Positions 18,485 through 27,921 of a stretch of DNA of 46,182 nt are shown here, piece after piece. The stretch lies in sequence record SRR31156797_11237; one strand, written 5' to 3'. The position numbers and the translations under genes are program-made. Each line of letters begins with the position of its first letter. Positions within the stretch are counted from its first letter, which is position 1. Under the pieces are notes generated by a model. That model was not told where the DNA came from, did not search any database, and saw only the letters and a program-made list of their open reading frames with translations.

Positions 18485-19573
18485 TTATTTTAAGCGGCGT
18501 TCTAAATGCGCTGCGTATTGGGAGAGTGAAAAACAGCAGACGAAGAAAAAGACTGCTAAAAATGCATACATTTCGTTTTCCAACCCTACCCATTTCGCGT
18601 TTGATAGTGTGCTTGAAGCAATACCTACGATATCAAGTACACCAACGATCATTACCAGTGTGGTCTCTTTCAAAATACCGACGAAATGATTAAGCAGAGA
18701 CGGAATCGAGTTCTTTAAAACTTGTGGAAGAATGATCTGTCCCATCATTTTCCAGTATCCGAACCCCAGTGCTTGAGCTGCCTCAAACTGCCCTTGCGGG
18801 ATCGATTGAAGGCCACCGCGGATAGTTTCAGCCATGTAAGCTGCCGTAAACAGAACCAATACCGCAACAACGCGCAGTAGTACGTCGAACTCCTGACCTG
18901 GTGGCAGGAACAACTGAATCATGAGTGATGCCATGAACAGCAAGGTAATAACAGGAACCGAACGAACCAGCTCAATGTAAGCCACGCTTAACCAATGAAT
19001 GACTGGGCGTTTTGAGCGTCGGCCTAACGCCAGTAATATGCCAAGCGGAAGCGCAAATACCATACCGAATATGGCCAAAAACAGAGTCAGCATGATGCCG
19101 GCGAATTTCGTGGTAGAGATAGACTCTAAACCAAAAGTCCCGCCTTTTAACAACATCCACATTGCGAATGGTAAGACTGCGATATAACCAAGCATCAATA
19201 GCTTATTAAAACGCTTAATGTATAGCATTGGGATTGCGATAGCCGCGAGCCCGAATGCCACATCAACTCGCCACTGTTGTTCATCGGGATACATACCGTA
19301 AGTGAACAACTCGATTCGGTTTACCACCGGCAGCCAGCAAGCTCCGCCAGATACACAGTTCGCCTGAGAGTCACCAACAAAGGTGGCATCAAAAATAAAC
19401 CAGTTGAGTAGAGTCGGAACAAGCCACAGTACAAACAATGAACCTACTATTGTCAGGATGGTGTTGAATATTGAAGAAAACAGATTTTGACGGCACCAAT
19501 TCTTCCATCCTGCTTTGATTTCAATTGCAGGGCGTGGCTCAATATATTCCATGATATTTTCGCTTTGCATCAT
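18485..19573 (-). CDS. aapM: Amino-acid ABC transporter permease (AapM/BztC-like)
   Basis: NLFSS, GACW, YGMYP, AYMAETIRGGLQSIPQGQFEAA. Confidence 0.88.
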   Translation of the reverse strand: MMQSENIMEYIEPRPAIEIKAGWKNWCRQNLFSSIFNTILTIVGSLFVLWLVPTLLNWFIFDATFVGDSQANCVSGGACWLPVVNRIELFTYGMYPDEQQWRVDVAFGLAAIAIPMLYIKRFNKLLMLGYIAVLPFAMWMLLKGGTFGLESISTTKFAGIMLTLFLAIFGMVFALPLGILLALGRRSKRPVIHWLSVAYIELVRSVPVITLLFMASLMIQLFLPPGQEFDVLLRVVAVLVLFTAAYMAETIRGGLQSIPQGQFEAAQALGFGYWKMMGQIILPQVLKNSIPSLLNHFVGILKETTLVMIVGVLDIVGIASSTLSNAKWVGLENEMYAFLAVFFFVCCFSLSQYAAHLERRLK

Positions 19574-20742
19574 TATTTCCCTACTGCCACGTGTGAGTTG
19601 TACCAGTTCATCAGCAAGCTTGTAACTAAGCTAAATAGGCAATAAGTCCACATGACAATAAGGATGCACTCAATTGCCTGACCAGTATTGTTTAATGTTG
19701 TACCGCCCGTTGAGGACACGAGTTCCATGAAACCGATAACCACACCTAAGGACGAGTTTTTGATGATGTTCAGATATACGCTGGTGATCTGAGGAACCAT
19801 AGGATAGATAGCTTGAGGGACGATCAGCTTCCACATAATAGCGGAGTCATTGAAGCCTAGTGCTTTACCTGCTTCGTGTTGTCCTTTGGAAATAGACTGA
19901 ATACAGCCCCGAACGATCTCCGCGATGTAGCTGGCACTATAGAAAGAGAGTGCAATCCATAATGCGACTAACTCAGGGATAACGATCATGCCGCCCTGAA
20001 AATTAAATCCGGTCAGTTTTGGTGTGCTGTAGTCAAAATTTCCTGACATCAGAGTAAAGATAAAAACCAGTATTGGTAGCGATACGATGATAGCAATCAC
20101 GCGAGGCCAAAGAACCGGATTAAACCCTGTCCATTTTGATTTCTGAATCACCGAACGGCGATAGAAGAACGCAAAGCAAGATGAGACAACAAGCGCTAAA
20201 AATACGTATCCACCCCAGCCGGCTAAAGACAGGTGCGGAATTGCCAGACCACGGTTTGAAAGATAAATATTGTCTGCTAGCTGAATGCTGTTACGTACCG
20301 CAGGTAAGCTAAGAAACAGTGCGTACCACCAAACGAGTTGAACCACCAAGGGAACATTTCGCACGAATTCTACGTATGAACGGCATAATCGGTTTACTAC
20401 CCAGTTATTCGAAACGCGGCCGACACCGATAATAAAACCGAGAACAGTAGCCAGAATAATACTTAAGAAAGAGACAAGTAGCGTGTTAGCAACACCGACA
20501 TAATAGGCCTTTAAGTAAGTATCGTTTTGGTTGTAATCGAGTAGGCTAAACGTAATGTCATAACCAGCACGCTCGCCAAGAAAGTCGAAACCTGTAGTTA
20601 TGCCCAATTTAGCAATGTTTTCTGAAGCGTTTGTACCCAAGTACAAGAATAATAGAGTAACCGTAATTAAGAGTAAGGCTTGCTGGCCCCAGTCAATTAA
20701 GGTTCCTTTGGTCAATTTCATTTTTGATCCTAGCCTATCCAT
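19573..20742 (-). CDS. aapQ: Amino-acid ABC transporter permease (AapQ/BztB-like)
   Basis: GFDFL, YVEFVRNVP, LSNRG, GFNFQGG, YIAEIVR, KNSSL. Confidence 0.88.
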   Translation of the reverse strand: MDRLGSKMKLTKGTLIDWGQQALLLITVTLLFLYLGTNASENIAKLGITTGFDFLGERAGYDITFSLLDYNQNDTYLKAYYVGVANTLLVSFLSIILATVLGFIIGVGRVSNNWVVNRLCRSYVEFVRNVPLVVQLVWWYALFLSLPAVRNSIQLADNIYLSNRGLAIPHLSLAGWGGYVFLALVVSSCFAFFYRRSVIQKSKWTGFNPVLWPRVIAIIVSLPILVFIFTLMSGNFDYSTPKLTGFNFQGGMIVIPELVALWIALSFYSASYIAEIVRGCIQSISKGQHEAGKALGFNDSAIMWKLIVPQAIYPMVPQITSVYLNIIKNSSLGVVIGFMELVSSTGGTTLNNTGQAIECILIVMWTYCLFSLVTSLLMNWYNSHVAVGK

Positions 20743-20786
20743 GGAACATCAGCCCACTCAATTGTGGGCTGATAATTTAAAGAAGA

Positions 20787-21812
20787 TTAACGGAAAGGAG
20801 GTGCGTACATTAGGCCGCCATTTGTGTAAAGAGCGTTAGCGCCGCGCTCAAACTTTAACGGTGAGTTAAGACCAACGTGGTGAGAAAATATTTCGCCGTA
20901 GTTGCCCGTTGCTTCAATCGCTTTGAGAGCCCAATTCTGATTTAGACCTAAATCCGAACCCAAGCTACCTTCGCTTCCAAGTAGACGTTTTACTGCAGGT
21001 TTAGCTGATGAGGATTTAGCAAGCTCTTCCGCATTTTGTTGAGTTACGTTTAACTCTTCTGCCTCAATTAGTGCGTTACCCACCATCGTCACAATGTCAC
21101 GCCACTCATTGTCGCCCTGTTTTACGTATGCACCTAAAGGTTCCTTAGAAATAACTTCAGGAAGGATGATATGTTCATCAGGATTTTTAAATAGGGTGCG
21201 ACGTGCTGCCAGGCCAGTAACATCGTTGGTCAGAGCATCGCAGCGACCTTTTTGATATGCCGCATATAGCTCTTCTGTTTTTTCAAATACAACAGAGCGG
21301 TATGTAAGGCCCTTAGACCCGAAGTAATCAGCAAGGTTGTGTTCAGACGTTGTGCCCGGAGACAGACAGAAAGTCGCCCCATCAAGTTCAGCTGCAGATG
21401 TTACACCCAGAGATTTACGTGTCATAAAGCCTTGGCCGTCGTAAAACCAAATGGTTGTAAAATCGGCACCAAGCTTGGCGTCACGAGAAACAGTCCAGGT
21501 AGTCGAGCGAGATAGAATATCGATTTCACCTGAAGCTAAAGACGTGAAGCGGTTTTTCGACGTTGTTGTAATGTATTCAACTTTTTCTGGGTCACCTAAA
21601 ACGGCTGCTGCGACAGCACGACAGTAATCCACATCCATCCCAGTCCATTTGCCCTGGTCATTGATGTACGAAAAGCCCATTTTATCGCTTGAAATACCAC
21701 ATTTCAGCGTACCACGTTGAATAACGTCATCTTTAAGATTTGCATAACTGCTGGTTGATAGACCAACTGACAATAATCCTGAAACAACGAGTCCTATAGC
21801 TTTTAGCTTCAT
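20787..21812 (-). CDS. aapJ: Amino-acid ABC transporter substrate-binding protein (AapJ/BztA-like)
   Basis: Signal peptide from ATG 21812 (AAGGA RBS); RGTLKCG, DVDYCRAVAAA, TTWTVSRD, YDGQGF, ISKEPLG, GGLMYAPPFR. Confidence 0.9.
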   Translation of the reverse strand: MKLKAIGLVVSGLLSVGLSTSSYANLKDDVIQRGTLKCGISSDKMGFSYINDQGKWTGMDVDYCRAVAAAVLGDPEKVEYITTTSKNRFTSLASGEIDILSRSTTWTVSRDAKLGADFTTIWFYDGQGFMTRKSLGVTSAAELDGATFCLSPGTTSEHNLADYFGSKGLTYRSVVFEKTEELYAAYQKGRCDALTNDVTGLAARRTLFKNPDEHIILPEVISKEPLGAYVKQGDNEWRDIVTMVGNALIEAEELNVTQQNAEELAKSSSAKPAVKRLLGSEGSLGSDLGLNQNWALKAIEATGNYGEIFSHHVGLNSPLKFERGANALYTNGGLMYAPPFR

Positions 21813-21925
21813 AATAAGTCCTTTTATTTCTAACGGTTTGATAGATTTGTGATTAAATAATTCCATTTCTTTGTTTACAATCTATGCGTTTATCAGGGTG
21901 AATTGAAAGTATTTGATGTCTTGTA

Positions 21926-21955
21926 TTTTGCATCACTTATGCAAAAATTCGATAA
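21926..21955. promoter_or_regulatory. Candidate LysR operator in the aapJ/LysR divergent region
   Basis: Perfect inverted repeat TTTTGCAT-N5-ATGCAAAA (21926-21946) overlapping TTAT-N11-ATAA (21937-21955). Confidence 0.5.
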
Positions 21956-21978
21956 TGTATATTTTAAGGAAGTAATGA

Positions 21979-22881
21979 ATGAACGTTCGTTGGTTGAAGG
22001 ATTTTATCACTCTGGCTGATTGCCAAAAGTTTTCTCTGGCGGCTCAACTAAATGCGTCATCTCAGGCAGCTTTCAGTCGGCGCATACAGCAGTTAGAGCA
22101 ACACTTGAACGTGGAATTGTTTGATAGAAGTCGTACGCCAGTAAAGTTGACCCCAGAAGGAAAAAGGCTTTACCCGATTGCGGCAGAAATGGTTCAAATG
22201 GCTGAGCGTTGCGAGGAGATGGTAGCCAATAAACCGAACCCAATGGTGTTCGCTTCTTTGCATACATTAGCTTGTAACTTCTTCCCTCAGTGGTTTACTC
22301 AGGTTCTGAAACGTATGACGACGCCATTGGTCAGCAGTATTGATTCAGGTGTCCGTTCGGTTACAGGTTATCAAGCAGCATTACAGTCACAACGAGCGGA
22401 TTGTTTGCTGTTTTATCAAAGCGATCAGGCTGCTCGTTATTTTGAATCGGATGAGTATGAAGTACTTAAGTTGGCTGAAGATGCTCTTATTTGGGTATGT
22501 GGTGCTACGTTCCCACTAGAATTGTTAGAAGATTCGACGATACCGCATCTTACTTATGCGCCATCTTCTCAGCTCTTGGAACTATCATTACCGCTTTTAG
22601 ATACCACACCCGAGGCGAAAAAGTTGTCTGTCGTTTTTCAGTCAACGATCTCTGAATCGTTATTGCCAATGGCGATTCATGGTAATGGCGTGGCTTGTAT
22701 CCCGTACTCTGTTGCCAAGGAGTACATCGATGATGGAAGATTGATTCATATTTGGCAGCAATACAGTGCGCCGCTGGAAATCGTATTAATTCGTCTGTCA
22801 GACTCTAAAAATCCGCACCCTTATGTCGGTGAGTTATTTGAACATGCTAAGGCATTAACTCAGGAAGCAACAGGCTCGTAA
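21979..22881 (+). CDS. LysR-family regulator (HypT/YjiE-like subfamily)
   Basis: RWLKDFITLA...FSLAA...SQAAFSRRIQQLE...LFDRS; divergent from aapJ. Confidence 0.9.
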   Translation: MNVRWLKDFITLADCQKFSLAAQLNASSQAAFSRRIQQLEQHLNVELFDRSRTPVKLTPEGKRLYPIAAEMVQMAERCEEMVANKPNPMVFASLHTLACNFFPQWFTQVLKRMTTPLVSSIDSGVRSVTGYQAALQSQRADCLLFYQSDQAARYFESDEYEVLKLAEDALIWVCGATFPLELLEDSTIPHLTYAPSSQLLELSLPLLDTTPEAKKLSVVFQSTISESLLPMAIHGNGVACIPYSVAKEYIDDGRLIHIWQQYSAPLEIVLIRLSDSKNPHPYVGELFEHAKALTQEATGS

Positions 22882-23028
22882 CGCTCTACTATTGGGGAAA
22901 ACTTGGCATCAGCATCTAAATTTGTTGATTTAGATGTATCACAATTGAGGAATCAAAGATTTCACTGCGCTATTTCGTTAAACCCCGTGTAATTATCCGG
23001 TTTTTCGATATAGCAACAGGGATAAACA

Positions 23029-23745
23029 ATGAGAAAGACGTTAGTGGCTGCGGCGATGATTTTGGCTTCAATGAGTCAAGTACAGGCTTCAGAGTGGGGA
23101 TATCACGGAGAACATGCTCCAGAGTTCTGGGGTAAAGTATCAGCGACTTGTGCTCAAGGACAAAACCAAAGTCCAATTGATATACAAGGCACAGTCAAAG
23201 CTGAGTTAAAAGATATTAAATTTGACTACTCTGGTCAGGCTGTCTCTATCACTAACAATGGGCACACGCTGCAAGCTTCAGTCACTGAAAACAACACCAT
23301 CTCGGTCGATGGTAAAACTTTCGAACTGAAGCAGTTCCATTTTCATACTCCATCAGAAAACCATGTAGACGGACAATCTTATCCGCTAGAAGCACATTAT
23401 GTTCACTCTGACGCTGCCGGTCACTTAGCGGTGGTTTCTCTGTTTTTTAAACTTGGTAAATCGAATCCTAACTTAGAAAAGTTGTTAGCGGTGGCGCCTA
23501 AAGAAGAAGCTAACGCAGAGCTGGCTAAACCCTTTGACGTAGCAGCACTGTTACCGAAGCAAAAACAGTATTATCGATTCAACGGTTCTCTGACGACGCC
23601 TCCATGTTCTGAGGGCGTTCGTTGGTTGGTATTGAAGCAGCCTTTAACGCTTTCTGCCACTCAGTTTGAACGTTTTGAGCAACTGATGGGACACAATAAT
23701 CGCCCAATTCAACCAGTCAATGCTCGTAAGGTTCTGAGTCAATAG
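23029..23745 (+). CDS. cah: Periplasmic alpha-class carbonic anhydrase
   Basis: Signal peptide; WGY, QSPIDI, NNGHT, QFHFHTPSEN (Zn ligands), EAHYVH, GSLTTPPCSEGVRW. Confidence 0.96.
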   Translation: MRKTLVAAAMILASMSQVQASEWGYHGEHAPEFWGKVSATCAQGQNQSPIDIQGTVKAELKDIKFDYSGQAVSITNNGHTLQASVTENNTISVDGKTFELKQFHFHTPSENHVDGQSYPLEAHYVHSDAAGHLAVVSLFFKLGKSNPNLEKLLAVAPKEEANAELAKPFDVAALLPKQKQYYRFNGSLTTPPCSEGVRWLVLKQPLTLSATQFERFEQLMGHNNRPIQPVNARKVLSQ

Positions 23746-23762
23746 TCAGTAATCAGTAATAT

Positions 23763-23793
23763 GCCTACTTAATGCAAGCGTTAAGTAGGCTTT
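23763..23793 (+). terminator. Terminator-like hairpin after cah
   Basis: GCCTACTTAA-N8-TTAAGTAGGC followed by TTT. Confidence 0.7.
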
Positions 23794-23877
23794 ACCTTTG
23801 TTCCGTTCAATCTCAGCTTGCTCCTTTCCGAAATACTCTCTGAATTAGCGGTGGGAAATTAATGCATTTTCCACAAG

Positions 23878-23972
23878 TGTGAACAGCCTAACGCTAACTT
23901 TGAAATAATGACCGGTTTGATGCTCAACCGTTAAAAATCTTAAAGGTTGTTGATTTCAATATCTCCTAATTT
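23878..23972 (+). promoter_or_regulatory. rha operon promoter: CRP-like site, RhaS/RhaR-like inverted half-sites, -10 element
   Basis: TGTGA-ACAGCC-TAACG (23878-23893), 3 nt, ACTTTGAAATAATGACC (23897-23913), 16-17 nt spacer, half-site ending AAGGT (23947), 19 nt, TAATTT (23967-23972); same layout as recalled for E. coli PrhaBAD. Confidence 0.6.
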
Positions 23973-23997
23973 GATTAACAGAATAAGGAGAATTGGT

Positions 23998-25443
23998 ATG
24001 AAACATCTGGTAGCGGTAGATTTAGGCGCATCGAGTGGACGAGTGATCTTAGGTCGTTTTGACCAAGGTAAACTGAGCCTAACTGAGTATCATCGCTTTA
24101 GTAACGGAGTGTTTAGTGATGAAGAGAACCAGCTGTGCTGGGATCTTGATGCGTTACTTGCGGAAATAAAAACCGGTATCGCTAAAGTGCAATCAGACGG
24201 TATCGTCATAGATTGCATGGGCATCGATACCTGGGGCGTCGATTTTGCGCTACTGGATAAACATGGCAACACGCTTGGCAAGACGGTTTCATACCGAGAT
24301 AGCCGCACCAACGCCACTTTTGATGAGGTAGTAAACCAAATTGGTAAAGATGTGATTTACCAAACTACCGGCATTCAGTTCCTTCCTTTCAATACTATTT
24401 ATCAGTTAGCCGCAGTTGTTAATAGCCAACCAGAATGGTTAGGTGACGTTAACCGTTTGCTGATGATTCCGGATTATCTTGGATTCAAACTTACTGGTGT
24501 GGCGTACTGCGAATATACCAATGCCAGTACAACTCAGCTATTGAACTGCAAGACTGACGACTGGGATAAAAACCTGCTTGATAGCATCGGAGTGCCTGCC
24601 AACTGGTTGTTAAAACCCCGCTTGCCAAATCAAGTGATTGGTTGCTATAGCCCTGACGACCAACAATCAATCCCTCTTGCTTCTATTGCTAGCCATGACA
24701 CAGCGTCAGCGATTCTGGCGTTACCCCAAGGGGGTGAAGAGTGTGCTTATATCAGCTCAGGTACCTGGTCTTTAATGGGTATTGAAAGCGATGAAGCGAT
24801 GACTCATGAAGTCGCGCAACGTTTCAATATGACTAACGAAGGCGGGGCAGAGCACCAGTTCCGTGTGCTGAAGAACATTATGGGCTTATGGCTTATTCAG
24901 AATGTTCAAAAAGAGTTGGGCGATTACAACTTCCCTCAGCTGGTGGAACTAGCACAAGCATCAGAGCCATTCCGAAGCCTGATTAATCCAGACGAACTCT
25001 GTTTCTTAAGTCCTGACTCGATGATCGAGGCAATACAAGCGTATTGCGCTAAAAGCGCCCAACCGATACCGACAACCCCCGGAGAGCTTGCGCGCTGTGT
25101 ATTCGAGAGCCTAGCGTTCCAATACAAAAAAGTGTGGATCGAACTTAATGAGCTACGTCAGGGACGACTACAAAAAATCCAGATCATTGGTGGAGGCAGT
25201 CAAAACGAATTTCTCAATCAGTTATGTGCGGATGCCTGTGAGTGTGAAGTGTCTGCAGGCCCGATAGAAGCATCGGCATTAGGCAACCTTTGTGGGCAGC
25301 TTATTGCGATAAATGAAATCAATAACGTGAAACAAGCAAGACAAATCGTACGCGATTCTTTCCCTATGAAGACTTATACCCCTGTTGCCAGCAACAGTGC
25401 TTCATTTGGCGAGCATTGGAACCGATTCATGTCGTTAATCTAA
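23998..25443 (+). CDS. rhaB: Rhamnulokinase
   Basis: [88 protein letters not shown]. Confidence 0.96.
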   Translation: MKHLVAVDLGASSGRVILGRFDQGKLSLTEYHRFSNGVFSDEENQLCWDLDALLAEIKTGIAKVQSDGIVIDCMGIDTWGVDFALLDKHGNTLGKTVSYRDSRTNATFDEVVNQIGKDVIYQTTGIQFLPFNTIYQLAAVVNSQPEWLGDVNRLLMIPDYLGFKLTGVAYCEYTNASTTQLLNCKTDDWDKNLLDSIGVPANWLLKPRLPNQVIGCYSPDDQQSIPLASIASHDTASAILALPQGGEECAYISSGTWSLMGIESDEAMTHEVAQRFNMTNEGGAEHQFRVLKNIMGLWLIQNVQKELGDYNFPQLVELAQASEPFRSLINPDELCFLSPDSMIEAIQAYCAKSAQPIPTTPGELARCVFESLAFQYKKVWIELNELRQGRLQKIQIIGGGSQNEFLNQLCADACECEVSAGPIEASALGNLCGQLIAINEINNVKQARQIVRDSFPMKTYTPVASNSASFGEHWNRFMSLI

Positions 25444-25480
25444 AAAGGTCAAAAGACCAATAAACCAAGAGTGTGAACTG

Positions 25481-26740
25481 ATGAACGCAGAGCAAATCAA
25501 TTCAAATTATGAGTTAGCCAAGCAGGCTTTTAGTGAGTTAGGTGTCGATGTTGATAGTGCGCTAGCAACATTAAATAAAATTACGATTTCTATGCACTGC
25601 TGGCAGGGGGATGACGTATCCGGTTTTGAAAATCCAGATATGGCGCTGACTGGCGGTATCCAGACAACCGGTAACTACCCTGGTAAAGCGCGTACTCCGG
25701 AACAGCTACGTAGTGATATTAACGAAGCTATGAGACTGATTCCCGGTGCACTTCGTTTGAACTTACATGCATTGTATTTAGAAGCTGACCAACCGGTTGA
25801 TCGTGACCAAATCAAGCCTGAACACTTTAAGAACTGGGTTGAATGGGCGAAAGAGCGTAACGTCGGATTGGACTTCAACCCTACCTGTTTCTCGCATGCG
25901 TTAAGCGATGACAATATGACGCTGACTCACCCAGATGAAAAGATTCGTCAGTTTTGGATTGATCACTGTATCGCCAGCCGCAAAGTATCAGAATACTTTG
26001 GTAAAGAGTTGGGTACGCCTTCTGTCATGAACATCTGGATTCCTGATGGTTATAAAGATGTGCCTGTGGACCGTCTCGCTCCTCGCCAGCGTTTGATGGA
26101 CTCGCTCGATAAAATTATTGCTGAGCCAATTTCTAAGGAGTACCACAAGGACGCAGTGGAATCTAAGCTGTTTGGTATTGGAACCGAAGCTTATACCGCA
26201 GGTTCGAATGAGTTTTATCTCGGTTATGCAAGCAGCCGCAACATCATGCTTTGTCTCGATGCCGGTCACTTCCACCCAACGGAAGTTATCTCAGACAAAA
26301 TCTCCTCAGCGTCACTGTATGTTGATGAAATGCTGCTGCACGTCAGCCGTCCTATTCGCTGGGACAGCGATCATGTGGTCCTTCTTGATGACGAAACACA
26401 AGCGATCGCGTTTGAAATTGTACGCAATGACTTACTTGACCGAGTCAATATTGGTTTGGACTTTTTTGATGCGTCTATCAACCGAATTGCTGCATGGGTT
26501 ATTGGTACACGAAACATGCGTAAAGCATTGCTAAGAGCATTGCTAGAGCCAAGTGAGCAAATGAAACAAGCTGAGCTGTCTGGCGATTACACCACTCGAT
26601 TAGCCATGATGGAGGAAAACAAATCTTTACCTTGGGCTGCAGTATGGGACTACTACTGCATGAGCCAGGATGTTCCTGTCGGATTGAACTGGCTGGAACA
26701 AGTTAAAGAGTATGAGAAGGAAGTACTACTCAAACGCTAA
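25481..26740 (+). CDS. rhaA: L-rhamnose isomerase (enterobacterial type)
   Basis: [64 protein letters not shown]. Confidence 0.98.
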   Translation: MNAEQINSNYELAKQAFSELGVDVDSALATLNKITISMHCWQGDDVSGFENPDMALTGGIQTTGNYPGKARTPEQLRSDINEAMRLIPGALRLNLHALYLEADQPVDRDQIKPEHFKNWVEWAKERNVGLDFNPTCFSHALSDDNMTLTHPDEKIRQFWIDHCIASRKVSEYFGKELGTPSVMNIWIPDGYKDVPVDRLAPRQRLMDSLDKIIAEPISKEYHKDAVESKLFGIGTEAYTAGSNEFYLGYASSRNIMLCLDAGHFHPTEVISDKISSASLYVDEMLLHVSRPIRWDSDHVVLLDDETQAIAFEIVRNDLLDRVNIGLDFFDASINRIAAWVIGTRNMRKALLRALLEPSEQMKQAELSGDYTTRLAMMEENKSLPWAAVWDYYCMSQDVPVGLNWLEQVKEYEKEVLLKR

Positions 26741-26828
26741 AAACGTCCCTAGTTACGCAGTGGCTAGGGATGATTGCACTAACCCCTACAACGTGAAACA
26801 CAATAATAAAAGAACGGAGTTCTATAAA

Positions 26829-27830
26829 ATGAAAAAGAACATCAAAACAATTCTAAAAGGTGCATTGATCGCTTCAAGCGTCGTTGCAAGCTTTGCTGCC
26901 GCTGCTGATGAATTACGTATTGGTCTGGTTGTTAAAGCACAAGGTATCGGCTTCTTTGAAGCGGCTAACGTGGGTGCACAACAAGCCGCTAAAGAAATCG
27001 GTGATGTTAACATCATCTACACTGGACCAGTAACGCCAACCGCAGAAGGTCAGATCGAGGTGATCAACTCACTGATCTCCCAAAAAGTGGATGCAATTGT
27101 TGTCTCTGCCAACGACACAGATGCATTAGTGCCAATTCTCAAACGTGCGCAAAAACGTGGTATTAAAGTTGTTTCGTTTGACTCAGGTGTTGCACCTGAA
27201 GGTCGTCAAGTTCACCTAAATCCATCAAGCAATGAACTGATTGGTTTGATGAACGTTGAACTGGCGGACGTTGCTGTTAAAGCAACAGGCAGTGAAAAAG
27301 GTGATATCGCTATTCTTAGTGCGTCTCCAACCGCAACCAACCAGAACATCTGGATTGGTGAGATGGAAAAAGATCTAAAACAATTCCCGAACCTACACCT
27401 TGTCGCAACCGTTTACGGCGATGACTTAGCGGATAAAAGTTACCGTGAAACCAAAGGCTTAATTGACTCTTACCCTAACCTAAAAGCGATTGTTGCGCCG
27501 ACTTCAGTCGGTATTGTAGCCGCAGCACAAGCCGTCAGTGATATGGGTAAAGTTGGCGAAGTTTATGTAACAGGTTTGGGCCTTCCTTCAGAGCTAGCGG
27601 GCCACGTTGATTCTGGCGCAGTGAAAAGCTTCGCTATCTGGAACCCGATTGATTTGGGCTACGCAGCGACAACGATCGCAGTTAACTTAATCAAAGGTGA
27701 CTACACAGAAACTGAAGTGGACATGGGGCGAATGGGCAAAGCGACATTAGATAAAGATGGTAACGCAGCGATGGCTAAACCGTTTGTTTATGACGCAACT
27801 AACGTTCATAAATTTGCAGGTATCTTCTAA
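26829..27830 (+). CDS. rhaS: Rhamnose ABC transporter substrate-binding protein (rhizobial RhaS-type binding protein, not the AraC regulator)
   Basis: Signal peptide from ATG 26829; YTGP..PTAEGQIEVINSLI, SFDSGV, ATNQNIWI, VYGDD, TGLGLPSE, FAIWNPIDLGY; located inside the rha operon. Confidence 0.88.
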   Translation: MKKNIKTILKGALIASSVVASFAAAADELRIGLVVKAQGIGFFEAANVGAQQAAKEIGDVNIIYTGPVTPTAEGQIEVINSLISQKVDAIVVSANDTDALVPILKRAQKRGIKVVSFDSGVAPEGRQVHLNPSSNELIGLMNVELADVAVKATGSEKGDIAILSASPTATNQNIWIGEMEKDLKQFPNLHLVATVYGDDLADKSYRETKGLIDSYPNLKAIVAPTSVGIVAAAQAVSDMGKVGEVYVTGLGLPSELAGHVDSGAVKSFAIWNPIDLGYAATTIAVNLIKGDYTETEVDMGRMGKATLDKDGNAAMAKPFVYDATNVHKFAGIF

Positions 27831-27921
27831 AAATTCGCAGCTTAACTTGCGTTTTTACTGATGAATGAGCGCCTCAGGCTCGAGGTGTAGGGGCGCTCTA
27901 ATAACAAAAGAGAAGATTATT

